Shown here piece by piece: positions 27,633-36,780 of a stretch of DNA of 64,000 nucleotides. The stretch is taken from IMG/VR virus record IMGVR_UViG_3300025424_000009. One strand, given 5' to 3'. Within the stretch, counting starts at the first letter, position 1. Each line of letters begins with the position of its first letter. Under the pieces are notes generated by a model. The model had not been told where the DNA came from, did not search any database, and was given only the letters and a program-made list of their open reading frames with translations. The position numbers were made by a program, and so were the translations under genes. This DNA comes from a virus.

Positions 27633-30600
27633 ATGACGGATTTAGGATTGGAGGCGTTATCTAAAACAGTGACGTTTACCAAGTATGCAAAGTATATCCC
27701 AGAGTTAAAGAGAAGAGAGTCTTGGGAGGAAATAGTTGATAGATATACAGTTATGATGATGAAAAAGTATCCTCAGTTAAGACCTGAGATACTTAAGAAT
27801 TCACAGTTTATTTTAGATAAGAAGGTACTACCTTCTATGAGGGCATTGCAGTTTGCAGGCCCTGCTATAGAGACTAACCCAGCTAGGGCGTTCAATTGTT
27901 GTTTTTTACCTATAGATAGTTACCATTCTTTTAGTGAGACAATGTTCCTTTTATTAGGAGGGACTGGAGTAGGATATTCAGTACAAAAGCAAGATGTAGA
28001 AAAATTATTACCGATAGTTAAACCTACAAAAGAAAGAAATTATTTAATAGAGGATTCAATAATGGGTTGGGCTGATGCTGTAAAAGTATTAATGAAGTCT
28101 TATATGTGTGGAAAGCCTTTACCTAAATTTGATTTTAGTGCTATTAGAGAGAAGGGTGCACGACTTGTCACAGCAGGGGGAAAAGCTCCAGGACCTGAAC
28201 CTTTGAAGATTTGTTTGCAAAATATAAAGACCATACTAGACAGAAAAAAAGACGGTGATAAACTAACACCACTAGAATGTCACGACATACTTTGTCATAT
28301 TGCTAACTCTGTTTTAGCTGGGGGTATCAGAAGGAGCGCATTGATATGTCTTTTTTCTGATGATGATTTAAGTATGATTGAATGTAAATCTTCTAATATA
28401 TCTTCTACAATTATTAGTAAAGAGCACCCTAAGTATACTAGTAAAAATGGTTTAGAGGAAGATATTACTAAATATATTTTAACTGTAAAGCAAGGTGATA
28501 TAATTTACAAAGATGTAGTATTACATGCAGATTCTAAGACTGGTAAGTTTTTTGATTTAGACCAATACGATTATGATCAAACTTTAGGTTGGTGGGTTTG
28601 TAACGAACAAAGAGGTAGATCTAATAACAGTGCAGTATTAAAGAGAGGGGAGTATAGTAAAGAGAATTTTCTAAAGCTTTGGAAGAAAATAGAGAATAGT
28701 GGTAGTGGAGAGCCTGGTATATATTGGACTAACAATACCTCTTGGGGGACGAATCCTTGTTGTTTTACTGCTGATACAAAAATATTAACACCTACTGGTT
28801 ATGTGAAAATAGGTGATAATGTAGGTTCATTAGATTTAATAAATAAGGATGGAGAGATTATAAATGGAAGTATTTGGTCTAACGGATTTAAAGATGTTGT
28901 AGAGGTTAAAGGTTCACAAGGATTTAAAGTTAGATGTACTTCTGACCACAGGTTTATGCTAAGTACAGGAGAGGAATGTCAAGCAAAAGATCTTGTAGGA
29001 AAGAGAATAATGCCGTACTTCAGTATTAATAAGGAAATTAATGAATTTGTTAAATATGGCTTTATACAAGGAGATGGAGGTTTAGGTAGACTTGATTCTA
29101 TTTCACATAAAGGCTTAGAGGTAAATATAGGTGATAAGGATGATGATATAATAGAGTTATTTGAAGTAATTAGAGAAGTGGGTAAGCGTTCTTACTATTT
29201 AAATGGATTTAATGAAGTATTAAGATCTTTACAGTTTGATACTAATTCTTTACCAAATAGAGGTTTTCCTAAAACTTTTAATAGTTGGTTGGATAAAGAT
29301 AAGTTGATGTTCTTAAAAGGTATGTATTCTGCTAATGGAAGTATTATAAAAAGTTCTAGGATATCTTACAAAACAACAAGTAAAGCCTTATCCGAACAAC
29401 TGTTAGATACTTTAACTTATTTTGGTATATCGGCTTACATCACAACTAACAAAGAAAAAGAAGTAGAATTCAGCAATGGAAACTATACATGTAAAGAATC
29501 TTATGATATCAATATATGTAAATACGAAAGTGTTATTAGATTTGCAGAGTTAATAGGATTTGTACATTTGTATAAGCAAGTATCTTTATCTAACTTGATT
29601 AAAGAAAAAGCACCTAAGATATCATCCGTAAAATCTACTGGTAGTGAAGAAGTATTTGATTTTAATCTAGATGATGATACTCATTGGGGTGTAGTTGAGG
29701 GTGTTGTTGTACATAATTGTGAGATAGCTCTAAGACCATTCCAATTTTGTAATCTATGTGAGATAAATGTAGATAATATTACTAGTCAAGAAGATTTAAA
29801 TGAAAGAGCTATTATAGCTGGATTCTTTGGTACATTACAAGCAGGATTCACTAAGTTTCATTATTTAAGACCTATATGGCAGAAGACTACTGAGAAAGAC
29901 GCTTTACTTGGAGTAGGTATGACAGGGATAGGTAGTGGTAAAGTATTAAAGTATAATTTACAAGAAGCTGTAGATTGTGTAAAAGCTGTAAATAAAGAAG
30001 TATCTGCAATCATAGGCACTAACGAAGCAGCTAGAACAGCCTGTGTTAAGCCGGCAGGAACAACTTCCTGTGTACTAAAATGCAGTAGTGGTATACATGC
30101 TTGGCATGATGATTATTATCTCAGAACGTTAAGGTTTAATATGAATGAGGATATAGCCAAATTCTTTTTAGAAAACCATCCTGAATTTTGTGAGTTAGAT
30201 GCAGCTAAACCTAAAGATACTCTTTGCGTTAGGTTTCCTATAAAAGCTCCGGAAGGTTCTATATTTAGAACTGAGACAGCCTTGGATACTTTAGAAAGAG
30301 TTAAAAAGTTTTCATTAGAGTGGGTTAGACCAGGACATAACAATGGAGATAATACACATAATGTCTCAGCTACTATTTCTATTGATAAATCTAGATTATA
30401 TGATAATAAAGATGAATGGGAAGTTGTAGGAGAATGGATGTGGAATAACCAAGAGTTTTATAATGGGTTGTCAGTATTACCTTACTTTGGAGGTACTTAC
30501 AAACAAGCCCCTTTTGAAACTATTACAAAGGAAGAATATGAATTGAGATCTTCAACACTAAAAGATATAGATTTAACTAGAGTAATAGAAGAAGATGATT

Positions 30601-30659
30601 TAGTGGACTTTAGTCAAACCAGTGCTTGTGCTTCTGGAAATTGTGAGATTAATGTATAA
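27633..30659 (+). CDS. nrdJ: Class II (B12-dependent) ribonucleotide reductase with intein
   Basis: VLPSMR, FNC, LLGGTGVG, GGKAPGP, GGIRRSA, GEPG, GTNPC/CEI, FCNLCE, VKPAGTTS, C-terminal ACASGNC. Confidence 0.93.
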   Translation: MTDLGLEALSKTVTFTKYAKYIPELKRRESWEEIVDRYTVMMMKKYPQLRPEILKNSQFILDKKVLPSMRALQFAGPAIETNPARAFNCCFLPIDSYHSFSETMFLLLGGTGVGYSVQKQDVEKLLPIVKPTKERNYLIEDSIMGWADAVKVLMKSYMCGKPLPKFDFSAIREKGARLVTAGGKAPGPEPLKICLQNIKTILDRKKDGDKLTPLECHDILCHIANSVLAGGIRRSALICLFSDDDLSMIECKSSNISSTIISKEHPKYTSKNGLEEDITKYILTVKQGDIIYKDVVLHADSKTGKFFDLDQYDYDQTLGWWVCNEQRGRSNNSAVLKRGEYSKENFLKLWKKIENSGSGEPGIYWTNNTSWGTNPCCFTADTKILTPTGYVKIGDNVGSLDLINKDGEIINGSIWSNGFKDVVEVKGSQGFKVRCTSDHRFMLSTGEECQAKDLVGKRIMPYFSINKEINEFVKYGFIQGDGGLGRLDSISHKGLEVNIGDKDDDIIELFEVIREVGKRSYYLNGFNEVLRSLQFDTNSLPNRGFPKTFNSWLDKDKLMFLKGMYSANGSIIKSSRISYKTTSKALSEQLLDTLTYFGISAYITTNKEKEVEFSNGNYTCKESYDINICKYESVIRFAELIGFVHLYKQVSLSNLIKEKAPKISSVKSTGSEEVFDFNLDDDTHWGVVEGVVVHNCEIALRPFQFCNLCEINVDNITSQEDLNERAIIAGFFGTLQAGFTKFHYLRPIWQKTTEKDALLGVGMTGIGSGKVLKYNLQEAVDCVKAVNKEVSAIIGTNEAARTACVKPAGTTSCVLKCSSGIHAWHDDYYLRTLRFNMNEDIAKFFLENHPEFCELDAAKPKDTLCVRFPIKAPEGSIFRTETALDTLERVKKFSLEWVRPGHNNGDNTHNVSATISIDKSRLYDNKDEWEVVGEWMWNNQEFYNGLSVLPYFGGTYKQAPFETITKEEYELRSSTLKDIDLTRVIEEDDLVDFSQTSACASGNCEINV
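28761..29717 (+). mobile_element. Intein (319 aa) with LAGLIDADG endonuclease in nrdJ
   Basis: Starts CFTADT, ends VVHN, followed by Cys; internal GFIQGDG and FLKGMYSANG motifs; removal restores GTNPCCEIALRPFQFCNLCE. Confidence 0.93.
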
Positions 30660-30665
30660 ATACTT

Positions 30666-30734
30666 ATGACTCATGACTACCTAGTCCAGAATATCATTAA
30701 TGGTATATACCACTGGATACGAATACATAGATAA
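30666..30734 (+). CDS. Possible 22-aa peptide MTHDYLVQNIINGIYHWIRIHR
   Basis: ATG 6 nt after the nrdJ stop; ends just before the terminator. Confidence 0.35.
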   Translation: MTHDYLVQNIINGIYHWIRIHR

Positions 30735-30741
30735 ACATTAA

Positions 30742-30773
30742 CCCCTTGCCCCACCAGGCAGGGGATTTTTTTT
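30742..30773 (+). terminator. Rho-independent terminator
   Basis: CCCCTTGCC-CCACCA-GGCAGGGG stem followed by ATTTTTTTT. Confidence 0.8.
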
Positions 30774-30782
30774 AAAGAAATA

Positions 30783-30813
30783 TTTGGTGATATCAAAAAC
30801 ATTCTTATCTTTG
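30783..30813 (+). promoter_or_regulatory. Bacteroidota-type sigma70 promoter (TTTG-N19-TATCTTTG)
   Basis: TTTG 30783-30786, TATCTTTG 30806-30813, directly after a terminator. Confidence 0.7.
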
Positions 30814-30833
30814 TGTTCTAAAATATAAAAGTT

Positions 30834-31049
30834 ATGGGAGTATTTGTTTTAATTGCAGTAGCAATCGTAAGTTTCGGTCTTATTTTTCAGTCCTCGTTAC
30901 CTATCTTACAATGGGAGCCAGAGGGATGGCCTAAATGGCTAGTAGTAACATTAAAAGTATTAGGTATAACTATCCTTACTATATTCATTATAGTAGGTGG
31001 TATCTGTGCTGCAATCATCGGAGGAGGTTTTGATTCAAATAAAAAGTAA
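30834..31049 (+). CDS. Small membrane protein
   Basis: Two hydrophobic helices. Confidence 0.65.
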   Translation: MGVFVLIAVAIVSFGLIFQSSLPILQWEPEGWPKWLVVTLKVLGITILTIFIIVGGICAAIIGGGFDSNKK

Positions 31050-31058
31050 AAATATATT

Positions 31059-31259
31059 ATGAGAACAGCACGAGAAATTGTAAATGAAGTACATATGGAA
31101 TGTAGTTTTTATAATTGCCAAAGCTGGCAGATAATATCTGCACTATCTGTTGAGAGAGGTGTTAAAGAATGTATAGAAGATATTATAGAAAAGCTACATG
31201 ATATAGAAACTATATCTGAATTAAAAACATTTATTAGTAAATTAGAAACAATAGTATGA
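31059..31259 (+). CDS. Hypothetical protein
   Basis: ORF track. Confidence 0.55.
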   Translation: MRTAREIVNEVHMECSFYNCQSWQIISALSVERGVKECIEDIIEKLHDIETISELKTFISKLETIV

Positions 31260-31474
31260 GTAAAATAAAACATTTTAAGTATGTTGATAGACCTTCTTTA
31301 GCAGAGTTATATATTGACTTAGAAAGAGGAGAAACTTGTTATGCAACAAGAACAGAAGATGAAGTTATTAATGGTATTTTAGATTATAATAATAACGAGT
31401 TTAAAACCCTTGCTATATTCTACCCTAAAGGAGAAAGACCTAATTGTTTACCTCACCCAGTTAATAAAAAGTAA
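31256..31474 (+). CDS. Hypothetical protein
   Basis: ORF track; ATGA overlap. Confidence 0.55.
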   Translation: MSKIKHFKYVDRPSLAELYIDLERGETCYATRTEDEVINGILDYNNNEFKTLAIFYPKGERPNCLPHPVNKK

Positions 31475-31499
31475 ATAGTATAATACAAAATAAACAAAC

Positions 31500-32282
31500 A
31501 TGGAAGTAAAATTTAAAAAAACACTAGACGTACCTACCCCTATCTATGCAACAGATGGCGCAGCAGCAATTGATTTATATGCAGGTACAAAACCTGAATG
31601 GGATATAAAGGGACAATACTACGAATACGACACAGGGATAGCACTTAGTATCCCTTCTGGCTATGGAGCATTACTCCTTCCCAGAAGTTCCATAAGCACT
31701 AGAAATCTAATGTTTGCCAATACGATTGGACTAGGAGATCCAGATTTCAGGGGGTCGTTAAAGGTTCGTGTTAAGTCTATTGATAGAGATTATCACTTAT
31801 ATGATAAGGGAGAAAGAATAGCTCAACTACTTATCATCCCTTGCCCTAAAATTACACTTACAGAAGTAGAAGAGTTAGACAGCACTGATAGAGGAGAAGG
31901 GGGGTTTGGCAGTACTGGGACTAAAGAACAGCTTAAAGTAGGTGATGAAGTAAAAGTAACGCTTGATTGTGAAGGTGTAACTGAAGGTAAAATATATACC
32001 GTATATACTGTACCTAATGCTAATAGACTAAGTATTTTAGATGACAACAATGAAGAGTTAGGTTTGTATAAACATGAAGTCAAATTAGTGACAGATACCA
32101 AAGAAAGACAACCTAAAGTAGGAGATAAGGCTAGGGTAATAACTACATTAGGGCATCATTTTAAACTAGATGAAGAGGTCGCAGTAGTTAAAATGGCTGA
32201 CGAAGCTGGACTGTATAAATTAAAGTCAGCAGATAAAGATTTAATTCAATATCTATTTAGAGAACAATTTGAATTATTATGA
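31500..32282 (+). CDS. dut: dUTPase (trimeric type) with C-terminal extension
   Basis: AAAIDLYA, LLPRSSI, DPDFRG, GERIAQL, RGEGGFGSTG; about 120 extra aa after motif 5. Confidence 0.88.
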   Translation: MEVKFKKTLDVPTPIYATDGAAAIDLYAGTKPEWDIKGQYYEYDTGIALSIPSGYGALLLPRSSISTRNLMFANTIGLGDPDFRGSLKVRVKSIDRDYHLYDKGERIAQLLIIPCPKITLTEVEELDSTDRGEGGFGSTGTKEQLKVGDEVKVTLDCEGVTEGKIYTVYTVPNANRLSILDDNNEELGLYKHEVKLVTDTKERQPKVGDKARVITTLGHHFKLDEEVAVVKMADEAGLYKLKSADKDLIQYLFREQFELL

Positions 32283-32578
32283 TATACCAACTGAAGAATA
32301 TTCAATTCATCTCTGTAACTAAATCTAAGTTAGGTGAGTCTGAAAAGAGACTGTACTTAGAGGTATATACAGGAGACTACACCACCCCTAAAGTAATACC
32401 TCTTAAATCAGAAGCTTGGACTACAACATCTGCAACATTTCATACAGAAGATGATATGTACATTATCGAATTTGATAACATCAAAAATACCAAGTCATTG
32501 ATTACAATGCCCAGGTTCAACCTCACACTCCAAGACATCGAAGAAACATTCGGAATAACAAAAAATAATATAGTATGA
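32279..32578 (+). CDS. Hypothetical protein
   Basis: ORF track. Confidence 0.55.
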   Translation: MIYQLKNIQFISVTKSKLGESEKRLYLEVYTGDYTTPKVIPLKSEAWTTTSATFHTEDDMYIIEFDNIKNTKSLITMPRFNLTLQDIEETFGITKNNIV

Positions 32579-32772
32579 ACGAGTTGTCACCATCCATAGA
32601 ATGTAAAAGGTTCTTATTAGATACCGAAGATGAAGTATTATATGTAATCAGATATAGACTAGGGAAAGTAGTTTACTTCTATGATAATGCATATGAAACA
32701 GAACCTTGGGAATCTGGATTACAAGTATCATCAGTAAAAGAATTTGAAGAAAAGTTTAAAATAAAATTATGA
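32575..32772 (+). CDS. Hypothetical protein
   Basis: ORF track. Confidence 0.55.
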   Translation: MNELSPSIECKRFLLDTEDEVLYVIRYRLGKVVYFYDNAYETEPWESGLQVSSVKEFEEKFKIKL

Positions 32773-33125
32773 GCACAACAGTAACACTCCCAATAGGAGA
32801 ATACCAAAGACTAGTCGAGGTAGACAAGAAAGTAAAGAACGGACCTACTCTAAACCTGGTAGTAACTAGAGATGTTAGGTTTACCGAAGACTTCACTAAT
32901 ACTGTAACAAACAAAGAGGTTATAACAGTAACCGGAGAATGGGTAGAAGGTTTGATGAGTAAACTTAAAGATGCTATTGATACTTCTAATGAAAAGAAAA
33001 AAGAGGTGTATTCACTTATCGAAGAAGGAATAAGACTTAACCAAAAAGCAAAAGAGTCTATGAAAGAAATACTGAATTACACCTTCCTACAAAGACTTAA
33101 GTTTCTGTTCACTAAAAAGATGTAA
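32769..33125 (+). CDS. Hypothetical protein
   Basis: ORF track. Confidence 0.6.
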   Translation: MSTTVTLPIGEYQRLVEVDKKVKNGPTLNLVVTRDVRFTEDFTNTVTNKEVITVTGEWVEGLMSKLKDAIDTSNEKKKEVYSLIEEGIRLNQKAKESMKEILNYTFLQRLKFLFTKKM

Positions 33126-33128
33126 TAC

Positions 33129-34529
33129 ATGAACTTAGACAACGTCTACATTTTCGACATAGAAGCAGACGGACTATTAGACACCGTCACAAAGATACAT
33201 GTACTAAGTGTAGGCAAGGTGAATAGGAAGGGGGAGTTAAAGATAAAATCTATTACTGACTATGAGGAAATGAAAATATTCTTCATGGATAAAGACATTA
33301 CTAAGGTAGGGCATAATATAATACGATATGATTACCTAGTAGTAGAGAAAATTCTAGGTATAACTCCTGCCACTAAAAACACAATAGATACTCTTCCTAT
33401 TAGTTGGTATGCATTTCCAGATCTTTTGAAACATGGTTTAGAAGAGTGGGGAGAGATGCTTGGTGTTGAAAAACCCCATATTGAAGATTGGCAAAATCAA
33501 ACAATTGAAGATTACACCCATAGGTGCCAGGAGGACGTGAAGATAAACCATCTATTGTGGTTAGAGGAGTTATCATACCTACGAGAGTTGTACGATAATG
33601 ACAATGAAGTACTCCACTGTATCAAGTATCTTATATTTAAAACTATCTGTGTACGTGATCAGGAAAAGGTGGGAGTGAGGTTTGATAGAGAGCTTTGTGA
33701 GATTACTTTAGCTGATATTGAAAGAGAGAAAGAAGAAAAGATAGAACAGCTTAGGGCTGCTATGCCAAAAGTAGAAGTTGTATCTAAAAAGAAGAGACCT
33801 AAAGTATACCACACTAAGAAAGGACAATTATCTGCTAATGGTAAAAAGTGGGAAGAATTCTGTAAGGATTATGGGGTGCCTATAGATATGGAAGAAGTAA
33901 GTTATATTTCAGGGTACGCAGAACCTAATCCTCAATCAACAGCCCAACTCAAAGCTTGGTTAGAGTCTCATAATTGGATTCCAGATACTTATACTTATAC
34001 ACGTAACAAAGAAACAAATGAGTTTAAGAAAATTCCTCAGATATTTAACAAGGATACAGGAGAAGTAACTGACTCAGTTAAACTATTAATGGAAGTAGAA
34101 CCTGCTTTAAAAGCCTTAGATAACCTAGGTAAGCTAAAGCATAGGGCAGGTATATTATCAGGCTTTTTAAGAGATGCTATACAACAAGAAGATGGTACTT
34201 GGAGGATATACCCAAGTATGTCAGGGTATACAAGTACACTTAGATTACAACATAAGATTGTAGTTAATCTTCCAAAGGTAGGTGTATATTTAGGTGAGTC
34301 TATAAGAGGTTGTCTTATCGCAGATGAGGGTCATATATTGTGTGGTGCTGATTTAAGTAATATAGAGAATAAAACTAGGGATGCATATATCTATAATTTT
34401 GACAGTGCTTATGTTGAAACTATGAACACACCAGGGTACGACTCCCACTTAGAGCTTGCTCAAATTTCAGGCTATATAACAGAAGATGAAGTTTTATTTT
34501 ACAAGTGGTATAATTCTCAAAAACATTAG
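33129..34529 (+). CDS. polA: Family A DNA polymerase, N-terminal part (3'-5' exonuclease, thumb, motif A)
   Basis: ExoI FDIEADG, ExoII GHNIIRYD, ExoIII RCQEDV, TSTLRL..VVNLPK, motif A CGADLSNIENK, DSH. Confidence 0.88.
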   Translation: MNLDNVYIFDIEADGLLDTVTKIHVLSVGKVNRKGELKIKSITDYEEMKIFFMDKDITKVGHNIIRYDYLVVEKILGITPATKNTIDTLPISWYAFPDLLKHGLEEWGEMLGVEKPHIEDWQNQTIEDYTHRCQEDVKINHLLWLEELSYLRELYDNDNEVLHCIKYLIFKTICVRDQEKVGVRFDRELCEITLADIEREKEEKIEQLRAAMPKVEVVSKKKRPKVYHTKKGQLSANGKKWEEFCKDYGVPIDMEEVSYISGYAEPNPQSTAQLKAWLESHNWIPDTYTYTRNKETNEFKKIPQIFNKDTGEVTDSVKLLMEVEPALKALDNLGKLKHRAGILSGFLRDAIQQEDGTWRIYPSMSGYTSTLRLQHKIVVNLPKVGVYLGESIRGCLIADEGHILCGADLSNIENKTRDAYIYNFDSAYVETMNTPGYDSHLELAQISGYITEDEVLFYKWYNSQKH

Positions 34530-34530
34530 T

Positions 34531-35091
34531 ATGACATTTGAAGAAATGAAAAGTCTTCCACCAGAAGAACAGAAAAGCATAATAAGTCGTATACGTAAGA
34601 GTAGAAATTTAGGCAAGACGTGCAACTTTGCGAGCGTCTACGGAGTGACCTTTAAAACATTATCAAGAAATACCGGTATATCTTTAAAAGAGGCTACTAA
34701 ACTTATAGATTCATATTGGAAAAGAAACTGGGCAGTTAAGGCTTTTGAGGAGACTCTGGAGGTAAAAGATTTATCAGGATATAAATATATAAAGAATCCC
34801 ATTAGTGGCTTATACGTAATTCTCAGAACGGATAAAGACAAGTTTTCAGCAGTTAATCAGTCAACGGCAGTTTTTGTTTTTGACTTATGGTTAAAGGAGG
34901 TAAGAAAGTTAGGTATAACAGTATGTTACCAATGTCATGATGAAATGTTATTTAACGTACCAAAAGGAGAAGAAGATAAATATAAAGACCTACTTCAAAA
35001 GGCTATGGATAATGTGAATAATATATTAAAACTGCCAGTTACTGTGAGAATGGAAGCCCAATTTGGGGATAGATATTCAGATTGTCACTAA
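34531..35091 (+). CDS. polA: Family A DNA polymerase, C-terminal part (motifs B and C)
   Basis: RNLGKTCNFASVYG, FSAVNQSTA, QCHDEM; own ATG 1 nt after the upstream TAG. Confidence 0.88.
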   Translation: MTFEEMKSLPPEEQKSIISRIRKSRNLGKTCNFASVYGVTFKTLSRNTGISLKEATKLIDSYWKRNWAVKAFEETLEVKDLSGYKYIKNPISGLYVILRTDKDKFSAVNQSTAVFVFDLWLKEVRKLGITVCYQCHDEMLFNVPKGEEDKYKDLLQKAMDNVNNILKLPVTVRMEAQFGDRYSDCH

Positions 35092-35111
35092 ATAATTTGT
35101 AGTACATATTG

Positions 35112-35129
35112 TTGATATTTATTAATATA
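35112..35129 (+). promoter_or_regulatory. TTGATATTTATTAATATA candidate late promoter
   Basis: Identical to 21948-21965. Confidence 0.6.
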
Positions 35130-35145
35130 TCAAATACTACAAATC

Positions 35146-35280
35146 ATGATTAAAGAAAAAGACATACTCATTAGAGTTGAAGAAAAATTAAAAAAAGAAT
35201 TGCAAGAAGCTGCTGCAAAAGTAGGTTTAAGTTTATCGGCTTTTATACGTACCACACTTATAGAAAAAATAAGGAGGTAA
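35146..35280 (+). CDS. Small ribbon-helix-helix (CopG/Arc-like) DNA-binding protein, 44 aa
   Basis: Translated by hand: MIKEKDILIRVEEKLKKELQEAAAKVGLSLSAFIRTTLIEKIRR. Confidence 0.75.
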   Translation: MIKEKDILIRVEEKLKKELQEAAAKVGLSLSAFIRTTLIEKIRR

Positions 35281-35281
35281 T

Positions 35282-36427
35282 ATGAATACAGAAGACTTTA
35301 TAAAGAAAGTTATAGAACGTAGGGGGGATGAATTATTTGACTATAGTAAAGTGGTTTATACAAAGACAGAAGAACCTGTTATTATAACCTGTAAGTTACA
35401 TGGAGATTTTACCACCACTCCACACCAATTTATGGCAGGTAAAAATTGCCCTGTTTGTTTAAAAACTATACTAAGTCAAAAATTTAGGTCAACTACAGAA
35501 ATATTCATAGAAAAAGCTAAAAAAGTCCATGGTGATAAATATAATTACTCCGAAGTTGAATATAAGACTAATCATGACAAAATAAAAATATACTGTAATA
35601 CACACAATAGTACATTTCAACAAACTCCAAATTCTCATTTGGCAGGAAAGGAATGCCCAAAATGTGGTAAAGCTAAACGTCATAAAAATAAAACATACAC
35701 TCAAGAAGAGTATATTAAATTAGTTACAGAAAAACATGGTAATAAGTATGACTACAGTCAAGTCAAATATACGGGGTGTTTTGATAGGATTAAGATACAT
35801 TGTCAAATTCACGGATTTTTCTTACAAAAAGCTTCGGAGCATTTGTTTGGTAAAGGTTGTAGACAGTGTGGAAATATACCTAAGCAAGATTATAAAGATA
35901 AATATGCAAAACAGTTTATAGAAAAAGTAAAAGTAGTACATAATAATTTCTTTGACTATAGTAAAACTGTATATACAGGGGCTCATATTAAAATTATAAT
36001 AACTTGTCCATTTCATGGAGACCTGGTAATGAAGGCTAATACACATCTTAACGGTACGGGTTGTAAACATTGTTCAAAAGAAAAAAGCGGATTTGGTAGA
36101 AGTAATTTTGTACACTCCTGCAAAAAAGATGATGGTATATTCTATTTAATAGAATGTTTTAATGAGGAGGAGAGATTTTACAAGATAGGTATAACAGGAA
36201 GATCAATCGAAATTAGGTATGCCAGAAGTAGGGATATACCGTATCAGTTTACTCTTATAAAAGAAGTAAAAGGTTCCCCAGAAGATATTTGGAATTTAGA
36301 AAAGTTAAATCTTAAAAATTTGAAAAATTATAAGTATGAACCAAAATTAAAATTTAATGGCCACACCGAATGCCTTTCCCTCTCTGCCCTACCTAAAATA
36401 AAGTTTGAATTAAATTTTGGTGATTAG
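35282..36427 (+). CDS. Zn-binding repeat (DUF723-like) protein with C-terminal GIY-YIG-like domain, putative homing endonuclease
   Basis: Tandem FI.K....HG.KYDYS.V.Y......I.I.C..HG.F......HL.G..C..C repeats; FYLIEC...FYKIGIT. Confidence 0.75.
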   Translation: MNTEDFIKKVIERRGDELFDYSKVVYTKTEEPVIITCKLHGDFTTTPHQFMAGKNCPVCLKTILSQKFRSTTEIFIEKAKKVHGDKYNYSEVEYKTNHDKIKIYCNTHNSTFQQTPNSHLAGKECPKCGKAKRHKNKTYTQEEYIKLVTEKHGNKYDYSQVKYTGCFDRIKIHCQIHGFFLQKASEHLFGKGCRQCGNIPKQDYKDKYAKQFIEKVKVVHNNFFDYSKTVYTGAHIKIIITCPFHGDLVMKANTHLNGTGCKHCSKEKSGFGRSNFVHSCKKDDGIFYLIECFNEEERFYKIGITGRSIEIRYARSRDIPYQFTLIKEVKGSPEDIWNLEKLNLKNLKNYKYEPKLKFNGHTECLSLSALPKIKFELNFGD

Positions 36428-36446
36428 ATAAATGTTTATATATTTG
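36416..36446 (+). promoter_or_regulatory. Bacteroidota-type sigma70 promoter (TTTG-N19-TATATTTG)
   Basis: TTTG 36416-36419, TATATTTG 36439-36446, upstream of groES. Confidence 0.65.
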
Positions 36447-36470
36447 CATCACAATATTAAATAAAAAATT

Positions 36471-36770
36471 ATGGAGTACAAAGCGAAACACGACAGGATT
36501 ATTTTAAAGGAAACTTCTGTAGAACAGAAATCTATAGGACGTATAGTAATTCCCGATTTAGAAGGAAATATCTCAGAGACGTATCTAGTAGTAGCAGTAG
36601 GACCTGGTACGGTCAATCCTCTTACCAAAGATTTTTATCCTACTCAGCACGAAGTGGGAGATGTTGTATACTGTAAGAAGGCAGTAATGCATGAACTGCC
36701 AGAGATAGAAGGAGAGAAGTATTACTCTACTAGAGACAATGAACCATTAGCATATATCTTAAACGATTAA
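36471..36770 (+). CDS. groES: Co-chaperonin GroES
   Basis: HDRIIL, GRIVIPD, VVAVGPG, VGDVV; 99 aa; near groEL. Confidence 0.88.
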   Translation: MEYKAKHDRIILKETSVEQKSIGRIVIPDLEGNISETYLVVAVGPGTVNPLTKDFYPTQHEVGDVVYCKKAVMHELPEIEGEKYYSTRDNEPLAYILND

Positions 36771-36780
36771 ATTATATTAT

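Noticed and set aside
34486-34530. Group I intron or split intein explaining the polymerase break
   Set aside because: Only 1 nt separates the stop and the next ATG, and no intein N- or C-terminal motifs flank the break
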